Program-made: the position numbers and the translations under genes
Notes under the pieces: generated by a model
Told to the model about the DNA's origin: nothing
What the model saw: the letters and a program-made list of their open reading frames with translations, nothing else
The model's database searches: none
Virus record (IMG/VR): IMGVR_UViG_3300042363_001610
Location: 1-28,937 of that record
Reading direction: 5' to 3' (one strand)
DNA: 28,937 bases
Source: a virus
Taxonomy: Duplodnaviria; Caudoviricetes
Shown here: piece after piece, positions 7,644 through 17,190 of the stretch
Numbering within the stretch: position 1 is the stretch's first letter
Layout of the letters: every line of letters starts with the position of its first letter

Positions 7644-8918
7644 GTGATTACAGAGAAACTTTCAAATATCCCCCAATCTAGCGGCTGCTACCTTTTCAAA
7701 AACAAGAAGGGTCAGATCATCTATGTTGGTAAGTCAAAGTTTCTCCCAAAACGAGTGAAGTCTTACTTTCAAAAAAACCACAAAGATCAGAAGACTTTGT
7801 CTTTGGTAAATGAGATTACAGATGTTGAGTTCATGACTACTAATGATGAGAGTCAGGCTTTGTTATTGGAGGATGAACTTATCAAATCACACAAACCAAA
7901 ATACAACATAAAAGCAAAAGATGATCGTTCTCGTCGTTGGTTTATTACTTTGAGTGAAGATGAGTTCCCAAGACTTTTGGTTTGTAATCCTTCTAACTTT
8001 ACTGGTGAGGTTCTTTTGGAATCTACAAGTTCCAATTCTTGTTATGAGATCTATGAAATGGTTCACGACATTTTCAATCTTAGATCTTGTTCTTACAACT
8101 TGACTGAAGAAAATATCCAAAACGAAAAGTTCAAAACTTGTTTGGAGTTTCATCTTGGTCGTTGTAATGCCCCTTGCGTTTCCTCTATTCTAAAGTTCTC
8201 TTACTTGAAGATTGTAAGTGAGATGAAAGATGTATTTTCTTTTCAGTTCGACAAAGTTCGAAATCGTTTGAAAAAGTACATGAAGTACCACTCTGATCAA
8301 ATGGAGTTTGAGCTTGCTCAGAACTTCAAAAACAGAATGGATGTTGTTGATTTGTTGGAGAAAAAACTTGAGTCGTTTCGTGTTCGAAAGTATAGTGATA
8401 TTGCAAGATCTTTCAAAGAACAATTTGGTTTATTGAATGTCCCTACCCTTATCGAAGCTTTTGACAACTCTCATACTGCTGGTGATTGTCAGGTATCTGC
8501 TCTTGTTCGTTACAAGAATGGTAAAACCGATAAGTCAAACTATCGTAAGTTCAACATCAAAACTGTTGAGGGACCTGATGACTATGCTTCTTTCGATGAG
8601 GTGTTAAATCGTCGATTCAATAGACTTTTAAATGAGAAACAAGAGTTACCCTCACTTGTTATTATTGATGGTGGTAAAGGTCAGTTGGGTGTTGCCAAAA
8701 AAGTATTTGAGGATCTTGGTTTATTGAATCGAGTTGACTTGATCTCCATTTCAAAAGACGACAAACACAGATCATCTACAATTCACAAGATTGATGGATC
8801 AAGTTTTGATATTCCAAGAAGTGAGTTTGGGTTTTTGTTAGCGGAGATTCAAAATGAAGTTCACCGATTTGTTATTACTTTCCATCGTAAAAAACGAAGT
8901 AAATCTATTATCGGATAA
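7644..8918 (+). CDS. uvrC: compact UvrC-like excinuclease (GIY-YIG, Cys cluster, UVR and RNase H-like domains; no HhH)
   Basis: GCYLF..IYVGKSK..RVKSYF, PKYNI, CLEFHLGRCNAPC, MEFELA, IEAFDNSH, YRKFNIK, DDYASF, IDGGKGQL, NEVHRF. Confidence 0.9.
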   Translation: MITEKLSNIPQSSGCYLFKNKKGQIIYVGKSKFLPKRVKSYFQKNHKDQKTLSLVNEITDVEFMTTNDESQALLLEDELIKSHKPKYNIKAKDDRSRRWFITLSEDEFPRLLVCNPSNFTGEVLLESTSSNSCYEIYEMVHDIFNLRSCSYNLTEENIQNEKFKTCLEFHLGRCNAPCVSSILKFSYLKIVSEMKDVFSFQFDKVRNRLKKYMKYHSDQMEFELAQNFKNRMDVVDLLEKKLESFRVRKYSDIARSFKEQFGLLNVPTLIEAFDNSHTAGDCQVSALVRYKNGKTDKSNYRKFNIKTVEGPDDYASFDEVLNRRFNRLLNEKQELPSLVIIDGGKGQLGVAKKVFEDLGLLNRVDLISISKDDKHRSSTIHKIDGSSFDIPRSEFGFLLAEIQNEVHRFVITFHRKKRSKSIIG

Positions 8919-9573
8919 ACTTGGTGTCGTAATAAGTTGCAACATAATCAGCGTTAAGTAATGGGTGTTGATTGATTACTTGATCAACACCTTTATAATA
9001 TTCTTCTGTTTCGTAGTATGTTTCAACATGTGGTAAGAACTCATCGATATACTCATTTATAGCTTCATTAACATCGACATTTTCACCATTTTTTGTTGCG
9101 GATAATGGAACAACGGTATTATCAATAGAATATGAGTCAAGATCAAAATTTTTGGTTTTTAAACCAACAGATTCTATATTGATTACATATCTTCTATACC
9201 CAACAAATGGGGTTCCTGTGGTGAATTTAATTTCTCTTACAGAGTCGAAAACTTTTTGAATTTGATCCCTTGTTTTGTCGTTAAGATAAAATTCTGGCTG
9301 TTCATTCCATAATACTTTAGTAGTTAACTTAAGACCAACATATTCTTCAAACTCCATTACTATATCTAAAAGTTCCTCGTCTACTATTGAATAGAAATAA
9401 GAAACATCATTTGGATTTTCTATTTTAAATTCAATCGGATAATAAGGTTTATTATGTCTTTTTGATATTATTTCTTCCCCGACTCTAACAGGAATGCATT
9501 TTAACCCGTGAAGATCAATTTCATCCCCCGCAAATCTTTTGAATAGTTTTAATAGTTTATCTCTGTCCATCAT
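8908..9573 (-). CDS. hypothetical protein
   Basis: 221-aa ORF with a 4-nt overlap with the lysozyme gene and an 11-nt convergent overlap with uvrC. Confidence 0.75.
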   Translation of the reverse strand: MMDRDKLLKLFKRFAGDEIDLHGLKCIPVRVGEEIISKRHNKPYYPIEFKIENPNDVSYFYSIVDEELLDIVMEFEEYVGLKLTTKVLWNEQPEFYLNDKTRDQIQKVFDSVREIKFTTGTPFVGYRRYVINIESVGLKTKNFDLDSYSIDNTVVPLSATKNGENVDVNEAINEYIDEFLPHVETYYETEEYYKGVDQVINQHPLLNADYVATYYDTKFIR

Positions 9574-10481
9574 ACAAACATTTCAGATTCTTTTTTCCTT
9601 CTTGCTTCAAGACCAGGAAAGTCATCAAACAAGTTTTCACTTGTTGTTAAAATTAATTTTCTTGCTAAATCAAAATCACCTCGTTTAACTGCTTGTATAA
9701 AATCAGAAGTTCTAATACCTCTACCCATGTTGAATGACATGGAAACCATTGCATCATACATTCCTTGTGTGATTGGTGGTTTGATTCCCTTTTCTTCCCA
9801 CTGATCCAAAATTCTATTAACAATACTTTCAGCTTCTCTTAAATCATCTTTCAATAATGATTCAGCATTTTCTTTTGTGATTGTTGTTCTACCTGGTCTT
9901 ATCTTTGAGTATCTTGGAAGAAAATCAAAACCCTCTTTTTCATTAGGGAATATTGCATGACCATATCCAATGGTGTATGCACCATCTTCAAGGTCATATG
10001 CGACCAAATTAGGTTCACCTTTATTAACAACGGAACCTTCTTCGTATTTTAAATGATCTATTAAACCAGGTGATGATTTTCTAATTCTTGGTGGTATGAT
10101 TTTTTTGATGGTTTCTTTCTCGAACTGACTGGCTTTCTCTAATGCAGGTTCAACTTTTTTGTTGAGTTGTTTGATTGTTAAAAGACCTATGAAACTATAA
10201 AAAACATATTTAATAATTTTCTTTCTTAAATCAGGAGGAAGGTTTTTAATTTTTTCAACTAAAGTTTCCACATATTGAAGTGCGTCTTCCTTGGTTTTAA
10301 CCCATAATTTTGATCTATCGATATCCTTTTTGATATTGGTAAAATCCCACTCCATGTCAGGTTCGGTTTTACCGTCCTCTACAATTAAAGATATTTTGAA
10401 GACCATGTCGTCCAAAATACCTTCGTATATGATTCTATTATTAAATGATCTGAGTTGCTCTTCTGTTAATGAAACTTTCAT
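9570..10481 (-). CDS. GH24 (phage) lysozyme with a long N-terminal extension
   Basis: LKYEEG..AYDLEDGAYTIGYGH, ITKENAESLLKDDL, ITQGMYDAMVSMSFNMG, PGLEARRKKESEMF. Confidence 0.88.
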   Translation of the reverse strand: MKVSLTEEQLRSFNNRIIYEGILDDMVFKISLIVEDGKTEPDMEWDFTNIKKDIDRSKLWVKTKEDALQYVETLVEKIKNLPPDLRKKIIKYVFYSFIGLLTIKQLNKKVEPALEKASQFEKETIKKIIPPRIRKSSPGLIDHLKYEEGSVVNKGEPNLVAYDLEDGAYTIGYGHAIFPNEKEGFDFLPRYSKIRPGRTTITKENAESLLKDDLREAESIVNRILDQWEEKGIKPPITQGMYDAMVSMSFNMGRGIRTSDFIQAVKRGDFDLARKLILTTSENLFDDFPGLEARRKKESEMFV

Positions 10482-10485
10482 ATTA

Positions 10486-10492
10486 ATAAATA
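10486..10492 (-). promoter_or_regulatory. TATTTAT motif (putative late promoter)
   Basis: ATAAATA on + strand in the 21-nt gap upstream of the lysozyme ATG. Confidence 0.55.
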
Positions 10493-10502
10493 TAAAAGAA
10501 CT

Positions 10503-10871
10503 CTAAACATATTGAACTTTTGACACACAAATATCTTCAATTCCAAAAAACTGTAACTCTTCTAATAACAATTTTTCATTAGCCCAACTTCTAAGTCGAT
10601 TATTTAATCTTCTTTTATTGTTACTAACCCACCATCTTTGATTTTCAGAAATTTTTACTTTAACATCTAACTCATAACAATAAGTTTTAATCTTTTTGTT
10701 GAAGATGTAAGAATAATGTTGCTCGTATTTTCTGATATTAACAATCTCTAGTTCAACATTTTCACTCCAAATTTTACAATCTAATTTGATTGGATTTTTC
10801 TTAAAAAGTTTTTTAACTCTTTTGATGTGATCGTCCTTGATTACTTGTCCTGCTTTGTTTCTGTTGTTCAT
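10503..10871 (-). CDS. hypothetical basic protein
   Basis: Start at MNNRNK (10871) preferred because TATATTTG lies just upstream. Confidence 0.7.
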   Translation of the reverse strand: MNNRNKAGQVIKDDHIKRVKKLFKKNPIKLDCKIWSENVELEIVNIRKYEQHYSYIFNKKIKTYCYELDVKVKISENQRWWVSNNKRRLNNRLRSWANEKLLLEELQFFGIEDICVSKVQYV

Positions 10872-10875
10872 AGAA

Positions 10876-10883
10876 CAAATATA
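10876..10883 (-). promoter_or_regulatory. Bacteroidota-type -7 promoter element TAnnTTTG
   Basis: CAAATATA on + strand = TATATTTG, 4 nt upstream of the ATG at 10871. Confidence 0.6.
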
Positions 10884-10895
10884 CAAAAAAAAACT

Positions 10896-11858
10896 CTAAC
10901 GCCTTGAACTTCTTTGAATATTTTTGAGTTTTGCTTTTTTTAACGCATTTGTCATATTAGTCAAGGTCTGTCTGTTGTTCAGAGTATTCACTTGTTGATA
11001 ATCTATGGTTTTTGGTTTGGTATTATCGGCCATTTTTTTAGGAAGTTTTTCAAATAAACCTAAAAGTTTTTTGGATCTTTCTTCTTTTCTTATAAGGTCT
11101 TGTAATATCTCATCAGTATTAACATCATCAGAATTAGGTATTTCTAAGTCTTTATCGTAAAAAACTTCTTCATATTCTCCTGTCTTCAGTTCTTCTAAAA
11201 CAATATCTTCATGAGTTTTTTTCTTACTAATCAAATAATATCTAGTTCTAATTTGTGAAGAATAGTTTGTTTCAGGATTTACTGTTAAACTTTTTGGGTG
11301 TAATCTCCTATCAAATAAAATATCTTGAGTATGATTTAATCTAACATTAGTTTTATATAACCTACCCATAAAATCCGAATCAGCAGCAACTCTCCAACCT
11401 TCAAACCCATTCAAAGACATAAATTTATCTTTTAGAATGCCAAAAACACCTTCACCATAAGCGAGTTTTTCGAAGTTAAATATTCTACCTTCACTTGTTT
11501 CTTGAAAATTAATGTACTTTGGTTTTACTAATTGGAAGTGGTCAAGTTTGTTACTAATTTCTTGGATCGCATTTTCTCTCATGATGTCATCGGAATCAAA
11601 AAAGAAAAGTTTATCGTACTTACTTAGTTTTGCTAAGGTATTTTTGATCACATATGGACCATAATTTTGATGAAAGAAAAAGAATCTAACTTTAGTTGGG
11701 AATTTGTTTTTAATAACAAATTCTAAAGTTTTAATACAATTGTCAATTCCGACAAGGACTTCAAAATCAAAGGTAGAGTTGTTCTTTTCAATCGAATCGA
11801 ACAACTCTACCAAGAATTCTGTATTATTATAAGTTGGAATTATAACACTTAAACTCAT
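10896..11858 (-). CDS. glycosyltransferase family 2
   Basis: LSVIIPTYN, GPYVIKN, LFFFDSDD, NGFEGWRVAADSDF, RRLH; start overlaps the stop of the Thr/Pro-rich gene (TAATG). Confidence 0.88.
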   Translation of the reverse strand: MSLSVIIPTYNNTEFLVELFDSIEKNNSTFDFEVLVGIDNCIKTLEFVIKNKFPTKVRFFFFHQNYGPYVIKNTLAKLSKYDKLFFFDSDDIMRENAIQEISNKLDHFQLVKPKYINFQETSEGRIFNFEKLAYGEGVFGILKDKFMSLNGFEGWRVAADSDFMGRLYKTNVRLNHTQDILFDRRLHPKSLTVNPETNYSSQIRTRYYLISKKKTHEDIVLEELKTGEYEEVFYDKDLEIPNSDDVNTDEILQDLIRKEERSKKLLGLFEKLPKKMADNTKPKTIDYQQVNTLNNRQTLTNMTNALKKAKLKNIQRSSRR

Positions 11859-14788
11859 TATCTAAATGCACAACAGTTAGGTTGAGTAGGTGTAACTGTT
11901 GGGTAAGGAGTAACGCTAGGTGTAAGACTAATCGTTGGTGTAACCGATGCTGTAACAGTTGGTGTTGGTGTTTCTGTTGGTGTTGGTGTGTTAGTAGGTG
12001 TTTCAGTTGGTGTAGGTGTATTTGTTGGGGTTTCGGTAACCGTAGGTGTTGGGGTGTTTGTTTGAGTTGTTGTTACAGTTGGTGTGTTTGTCGGAGTTTC
12101 AGTAACTGTTGGTGTTGGGGTCTCAGTTGGTGTATTTGTAATTGCTGGTGTCTGTGTAGGTGTTTCAGTTGGCGTAACTGATGGGGTATTTGTAGGAGTC
12201 TCTGTAACCGTAGGTGTATTTGTTGGAGTCTCTGTAACCGTAGGTGTGTTAGTTGGTGTCTCCGTTGGGGTTTCAGTAACAGTAGGTGTATTAGTTGGGG
12301 TTTCCGTTGGTGTTACAGAAGGTGTATTTGTAGGAGTCTCAGTAACGGTAGGTGTGTTAGTTGGTGTCTCAGTAGGAGTTTCCGTTGGCGTATTTGTAGG
12401 GGTTTCCGTAACAGTAGGTGTATTTGTAGGAGTCTCAGTAGGAGTCTCAGTAGGAGTTTCCGTTGGTGTATTAGTTGGAGTTTCAGTAACAGTAGGTGTA
12501 TTTGTAGGGGTCTCGGTAGGAGTTTCCGTTGGTGTATTAGTTGGAGTTTCAGTAACAGTAGGAGTAACTGTAACTGTAGGAGTTTGAGTTGGTGTTTCTG
12601 TTGGTGTAGGAGTTTGAGTTTCAGTAGGCGTTGGTGTTAGCCCTGATGTTACAGTAGGCGTTGGTGTCATTGTATTTGTTGGTGTGACACTAGGAGTATT
12701 TGTTGGAGTTTCAGTCACTGTTGGTGTGTTTGTTGGGGTTTCAGTAACAGTAGGTGTAGGAGTCTCGGTTGGGGTTTCAGTAACAGTAGGCGTATTTGTA
12801 GGAGTTTCCGTAACAGTTGGTGTTGGTGTATTAGTTGGAGTTTCAGTAACAGTAGGTGTTGGTGTATTAGTTGGAGTTTCAGTAACAGTAGGTGTTGGGG
12901 TACTTGTAGGAGTCTCTGTAACCGTAGGTGTATTTGTTGGTGTTTCAGTAACTGTAACTGTAGGTGTGTTTGTCGGAGTTTTAGTAACTGTTGGTGTATT
13001 AGTTGGTGTTTCAGTTGGTGTTTCAGTAACCGTTGGGGTTGGTGTTTGAGTAAGTGTAGGTGTTGGTGTTGGTGTTGGTATAAACTCTGTTAACTGACAA
13101 CATTGGATTCCTGTACCACCTGGATCTCCTGCCCCTGTAAATGTAAGAGTCGTAAATGGACTTGTAGTTACAATTTCAAAGTACCCAGCACCTGCGGCTA
13201 AATTACAAGCTGTTGATGTTATCACATTTCCCGCAACACTCATACATCCTGTAAGACATTCATTAATAGAAACAGTTCCACCATTTGAGGTAATTGTAAC
13301 CGATCCTCCTGTATTCATACCATAAAGAAGTATTCTAGCACTTGCAACTGTAGTTGAGAAGTTAAGTGTGTAAGCAAATGATCCTAAACCACCTAAAATT
13401 GGGTCATTTAACATATTAAATGTTCCAATATATTGGTAATAAAAATTATTAATTCCAGTAGGTCCTGTTTGTACTGATCCACTACCTGATCCTACAACAT
13501 TAATTCCCGAAATAGTTCTTGATGTTCCTATCTGTGGTAATTGTGATCTCGTATTACAACATGTTGAATCAATATTTGGTGTTACAGTTGGTGTAATAGT
13601 TTGAGTTGGGGTTTTAGTTATTGTAACGGTTGGGGTTTGTGTTTGTGTAACAGTTGGGGTTTGTGTTTGTGTTTGTGTAACACTTGGTGTAGGTGTTTGT
13701 GTTGGTGTTTTTGTAACTGTTGGTGTATTTGTTGGGGTCTCTGTTGGAGTAGCTGTATTTGTTGGTGTATTTGTTGGAGTCTCTGTTGGAGTTGCGGTAA
13801 CTGTTGCAGTTGGTGTTGGTGTTGGTTCTTCACCTAAAACATTTACAACTATATTGTTATTTACCGCAGAAAAAGGATAACTTCCTGGAATTAAGCCCAA
13901 AGAAGCGTAAGTTCCCGTAAAGTTTACACTTGTCGTAGTTAGTGAATTTGTCCAATATCCATTCGCAGGAGAGAAAGTAGTTTTAAGGTATATCCCTGCA
14001 TTGATGCCAGCCCCCACTAATTTTATAGGATTTACAGGGTTTATATTGAACAATTGACTAAATTGACCTGTAGCAAATTGAAAAGGTCCAGGAGACAAAA
14101 GCTCAAATTTATTCGTGCTGACAGGCTGTATTACTGAGGGTATAATCTCTCTAAGTGGACCATTCACAACCACAGTTCCATTTGCAGGGATTTGTCCTCC
14201 TCCTCCTATTGCAAAAGGTCCACTGTAAACCCTACCTGAGGTAGTCATAGTTACAGTATTGTTTAAATTTTGAGTAAAATTGATAGTCGCATTCTGAGTT
14301 GATGGGTCTACATTACCGACTCTAAAACTTATGTATTCACCATTTCCGTTAGAAAAAGTCCCCCAAGATGATCCATATATACCTGTTGCCAACCCTAAAA
14401 TCGCAAGTGTTGTTGATTGGAATATCATTGATCCTTGTAAAACTTGACCTGATTGATAACCAGGAGGAAGAAGAACTCTATATGGGTTGACATTTCCACC
14501 TACACTTACAATACCAAAAGGCAAAGTGTAAGTAGTATTTAATGGAACGGAAGTTCCAAAAGAACCACTCCACTTATAACTTTGTGGGATCACATAACTA
14601 TCGTAAAGTACGGTTGAAGTTGGTCTAAATTGTATAGTTGGGCTTGTTGGTGAAAAAACTTGTGAATTGCTATAGTTCGAAGTTTGATTATTGAAAAACC
14701 CATATATAAATGAATTCAAATTTAATTGTAAGGTTGCATCGATTCTAACATCGTTACCCTGTTGAGTTGCTGTTATTATAATTGGCAT
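11858..14788 (-). CDS. large mucin-like Thr/Pro-repeat protein, probable virion fibre or surface protein
   Basis: 976 aa: two related N-terminal beta-rich domains, a short TPT block, a Cys-containing middle domain, then about 400 aa of TPT(E/N/V)T repeats. No signal peptide. Confidence 0.8.
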   Translation of the reverse strand: MPIIITATQQGNDVRIDATLQLNLNSFIYGFFNNQTSNYSNSQVFSPTSPTIQFRPTSTVLYDSYVIPQSYKWSGSFGTSVPLNTTYTLPFGIVSVGGNVNPYRVLLPPGYQSGQVLQGSMIFQSTTLAILGLATGIYGSSWGTFSNGNGEYISFRVGNVDPSTQNATINFTQNLNNTVTMTTSGRVYSGPFAIGGGGQIPANGTVVVNGPLREIIPSVIQPVSTNKFELLSPGPFQFATGQFSQLFNINPVNPIKLVGAGINAGIYLKTTFSPANGYWTNSLTTTSVNFTGTYASLGLIPGSYPFSAVNNNIVVNVLGEEPTPTPTATVTATPTETPTNTPTNTATPTETPTNTPTVTKTPTQTPTPSVTQTQTQTPTVTQTQTPTVTITKTPTQTITPTVTPNIDSTCCNTRSQLPQIGTSRTISGINVVGSGSGSVQTGPTGINNFYYQYIGTFNMLNDPILGGLGSFAYTLNFSTTVASARILLYGMNTGGSVTITSNGGTVSINECLTGCMSVAGNVITSTACNLAAGAGYFEIVTTSPFTTLTFTGAGDPGGTGIQCCQLTEFIPTPTPTPTLTQTPTPTVTETPTETPTNTPTVTKTPTNTPTVTVTETPTNTPTVTETPTSTPTPTVTETPTNTPTPTVTETPTNTPTPTVTETPTNTPTVTETPTETPTPTVTETPTNTPTVTETPTNTPSVTPTNTMTPTPTVTSGLTPTPTETQTPTPTETPTQTPTVTVTPTVTETPTNTPTETPTETPTNTPTVTETPTNTPTETPTETPTETPTNTPTVTETPTNTPTETPTETPTNTPTVTETPTNTPSVTPTETPTNTPTVTETPTETPTNTPTVTETPTNTPTVTETPTNTPSVTPTETPTQTPAITNTPTETPTPTVTETPTNTPTVTTTQTNTPTPTVTETPTNTPTPTETPTNTPTPTETPTPTVTASVTPTISLTPSVTPYPTVTPTQPNCCAFR
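11880..13080 (-). repeat. long coding tandem repeat ([10 protein letters not shown]-type units)
   Basis: Degenerate 12-30 nt units such as gtttcagtaacagtaggtgtattagttgga with third-position variation. Confidence 0.95.
13575..13828 (-). repeat. short coding tandem repeat (TPT/TQT units)
   Basis: Encodes [21 protein letters not shown]...[10 protein letters not shown]. Confidence 0.9.
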
Positions 14789-14803
14789 GGTTCTTTTTTT
14801 ATA

Positions 14804-14810
14804 ATAAATA
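14804..14810 (-). promoter_or_regulatory. TATTTAT motif (putative late promoter)
   Basis: ATAAATA on + strand, 15 nt upstream of the ATG at 14788. Confidence 0.55.
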
Positions 14811-14839
14811 TATTGATTCGAAAATAAGTTGGTGTTTCT

Positions 14840-16462
14840 CTATAAAAATTTTCTTTTATTCTTAGGTAACATCTTTTGAATTAAATCAGTATTTTTTTTC
14901 AAATCAAGTTGTGGTTTATTGTTTTGGGTATTATTGTTTGTTTTATATCCAACACTTTTATTAAAAATTGAATTAATTTTTTCGTAATCCATTTTTTTAT
15001 GAGATAATTCAATGATATGATTATCAGATACAATTGATTGTTGAGGTTTTTTTATTTCTAAAACATCTGTTTTTAATTTTTCAATTTTATTCTTACTAAT
15101 AAAGACTTCAGACAAATTTTTTCTATCTATTATTCTATCAAAATTTGTGGTTGTTATTTCACTATACTTTGTGAACTGTTGTTTTCTTTTTCTTTGTAAA
15201 ATTTCAAAATTATAAGATTGTCTTACCTTTGACTTATGGTTTGTTTCAGGTTTTATGGTAAGATTTTTATCATGTCTTCTTCTATAATATAAAATCTGAT
15301 CAGTTTTTTTTGTTTTTAATTTGTTTCCCTCTTCTCTCATTTTAAATTCAGAATCCGCACCACATGACCACGGTTCAAAACCATTATATTGATTAAATAG
15401 TTTTTTAGATATTCCCAATTGTCCAATGGAATGGAATGGGTTTATGTTTTCTTTTTTTATGTTATCTAAATCTATTTGGTTTGAAAAGTTATAAAATTTA
15501 AATCTTACAACATCGTGTGATTGGAGGTTGTTTAATGTTTCAGTAATGATATTTTCATGAAGAAGATCATCAGAATCTACAAATAATAATTTATCGGACA
15601 TTGATATTTGTGAAAGAGAATTTCTAATAATGTATGGTCCTAAACTTTCATTAAATAAAAAGAATTTAACATAAGGTGGGAATTCATCAAATTTACTTCG
15701 TAAAAATAATTTTGTTGTTTCGCAATTATCAACACCAATTAAAACTTCGATATTGTAATTTTTTTTAGCTCTTTTTACAGAATTTATAAAATCTTCAATA
15801 TATTCAACATTATCATATGTTGGTACAACTATTGATAAATCTAAAATATCTATCTCAGTTAGTTTTTTATCTTTATCACTAATTTTTGATAGTTTATTTT
15901 TTCCGTGAATCACTAATCTTGTGTATCCATCATCAAGTAAAGTGATATTTTTTGTAATCTCACCCATGAATCTGTGATTCTTATCATAAACAAAATTTTC
16001 ATAATTTTTTTGACATAAAGTCAAAAACATTGATATAAAATTATTGTTTGCGTAACTTGTTGCGTGATCATGGATTTCGCCAGTATCAAAGTTTAACTTT
16101 TGAACTTTGGAGTGTACTATAAATTTGTCTTGACCACTAATGTTTTTATGATATAGCTCTTGTATTTTTTCAATGTAATCATTTCTCATCCAATCATCAC
16201 AATCGTGTCTTGTTTGTATTTCTACATTGTTTTCTCTACAGTAATTTTTTATTTCGTCAAAACTTGAGAAGTATAACGCATCTACAGTAAAGTGCGGTTT
16301 AAGTAATTCAACATGTTTTGGGTTAACGGTAAAAACTAAAGTAAAGTTTTTGTTTTTTTGACTGTTAACTGAGGGTGCGAATGTTTTTTTCATTACTTGG
16401 AAATAATGATCAAATAGTTGGTCGTCCTCAAAATTCATTCTTGTAATTACCAAATGTTTCAT
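14840..16462 (-). CDS. two-domain glycosyltransferase: putative rhamnosyltransferase-like domain + GT2
   Basis: N-terminal HLVITRMN..PSVNSQKNKNF..IQTRHDCDD; C-terminal LSIVVPTYDN, GPYIIRN, LLFVDSDD, NGFEPWSCGADSEF. Confidence 0.82.
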   Translation of the reverse strand: MKHLVITRMNFEDDQLFDHYFQVMKKTFAPSVNSQKNKNFTLVFTVNPKHVELLKPHFTVDALYFSSFDEIKNYCRENNVEIQTRHDCDDWMRNDYIEKIQELYHKNISGQDKFIVHSKVQKLNFDTGEIHDHATSYANNNFISMFLTLCQKNYENFVYDKNHRFMGEITKNITLLDDGYTRLVIHGKNKLSKISDKDKKLTEIDILDLSIVVPTYDNVEYIEDFINSVKRAKKNYNIEVLIGVDNCETTKLFLRSKFDEFPPYVKFFLFNESLGPYIIRNSLSQISMSDKLLFVDSDDLLHENIITETLNNLQSHDVVRFKFYNFSNQIDLDNIKKENINPFHSIGQLGISKKLFNQYNGFEPWSCGADSEFKMREEGNKLKTKKTDQILYYRRRHDKNLTIKPETNHKSKVRQSYNFEILQRKRKQQFTKYSEITTTNFDRIIDRKNLSEVFISKNKIEKLKTDVLEIKKPQQSIVSDNHIIELSHKKMDYEKINSIFNKSVGYKTNNNTQNNKPQLDLKKNTDLIQKMLPKNKRKFL

Positions 16463-17187
16463 AGTACTATCAGTTTTTTGTTTTCAAGACTCACTAAAGA
16501 CCCAAAGATTCTTTCCATGGCGTGGTTAATTGATGGTTCATGAACATAACCTTCAGGTGAATTGGTTAATATTTTATTGATCACACTCTGTGTTAAATAT
16601 TTTTTTAAAATGTCATTTCTAACCCAAAAAATAGTCCCACCAACAAATTGATGACCTTTCAAATCCGTTTTGACTTTCATCCAAGAAAATACCTTTTGCA
16701 TTTGAGTTAAATTGACATGGAAATTGGTGTTATATTTTGCACCAATCATTCCGCAGTTTTGGTCTTCTTCAAATTTTCTTATTACTTCATTAACATGGTT
16801 AGGATTGTTCAAGACTCCTCTCATTAAACCATGAAACCATTTTCTACCTCTTTCTTCAGCACTTTGAGCTCCGTGTCTCTGTAAATGTAAAGAAGGTGTT
16901 TTAGTTGATCCCAACCCTTTTTTTGTGTGGATCTTTAAAATGAGATCGTAAGATGGGTCTAAGTTTTTATAAACCTGTAAAAATCCACCAATATCCATTC
17001 CTTTGTTTTCTACAAAAATGATCTCAGTTTTTGGATTTGTTTTTTTGATGTTGTTTAAAAAACTTTGAGGGTAATTCTTTGTTAGACTAACATAAAGATC
17101 GTATTCTCTTTGTATGTTATTTAAATACAATCTGATTTCATCCAACATATCTATGTGATACAAATGAACGCATACAGCAATTTTCAT
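16459..17187 (-). CDS. rhamnan synthesis F (RgpF) family protein
   Basis: KIAVCVHLYH.D, ENKGMDIGGFL, ILKIHTKK, FVGGTIFWVR, HAMERIFG. Confidence 0.85.
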   Translation of the reverse strand: MKIAVCVHLYHIDMLDEIRLYLNNIQREYDLYVSLTKNYPQSFLNNIKKTNPKTEIIFVENKGMDIGGFLQVYKNLDPSYDLILKIHTKKGLGSTKTPSLHLQRHGAQSAEERGRKWFHGLMRGVLNNPNHVNEVIRKFEEDQNCGMIGAKYNTNFHVNLTQMQKVFSWMKVKTDLKGHQFVGGTIFWVRNDILKKYLTQSVINKILTNSPEGYVHEPSINHAMERIFGSLVSLENKKLIVL

Positions 17188-17190
17188 TCA

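Noticed and set aside
11880-13080. Repeat array as a CRISPR or non-coding repeat
   Set aside because: No constant repeat with unique spacers; variation is at codon third positions within one ORF; no cas genes.
11882-13837. Plus-strand ORFs of VGVSV or CWC repeats and the minus-strand Gln/His ORF at 13618-13833
   Set aside because: Antisense or alternate-frame shadows of the Thr/Pro repeats; no independent starts or signals.
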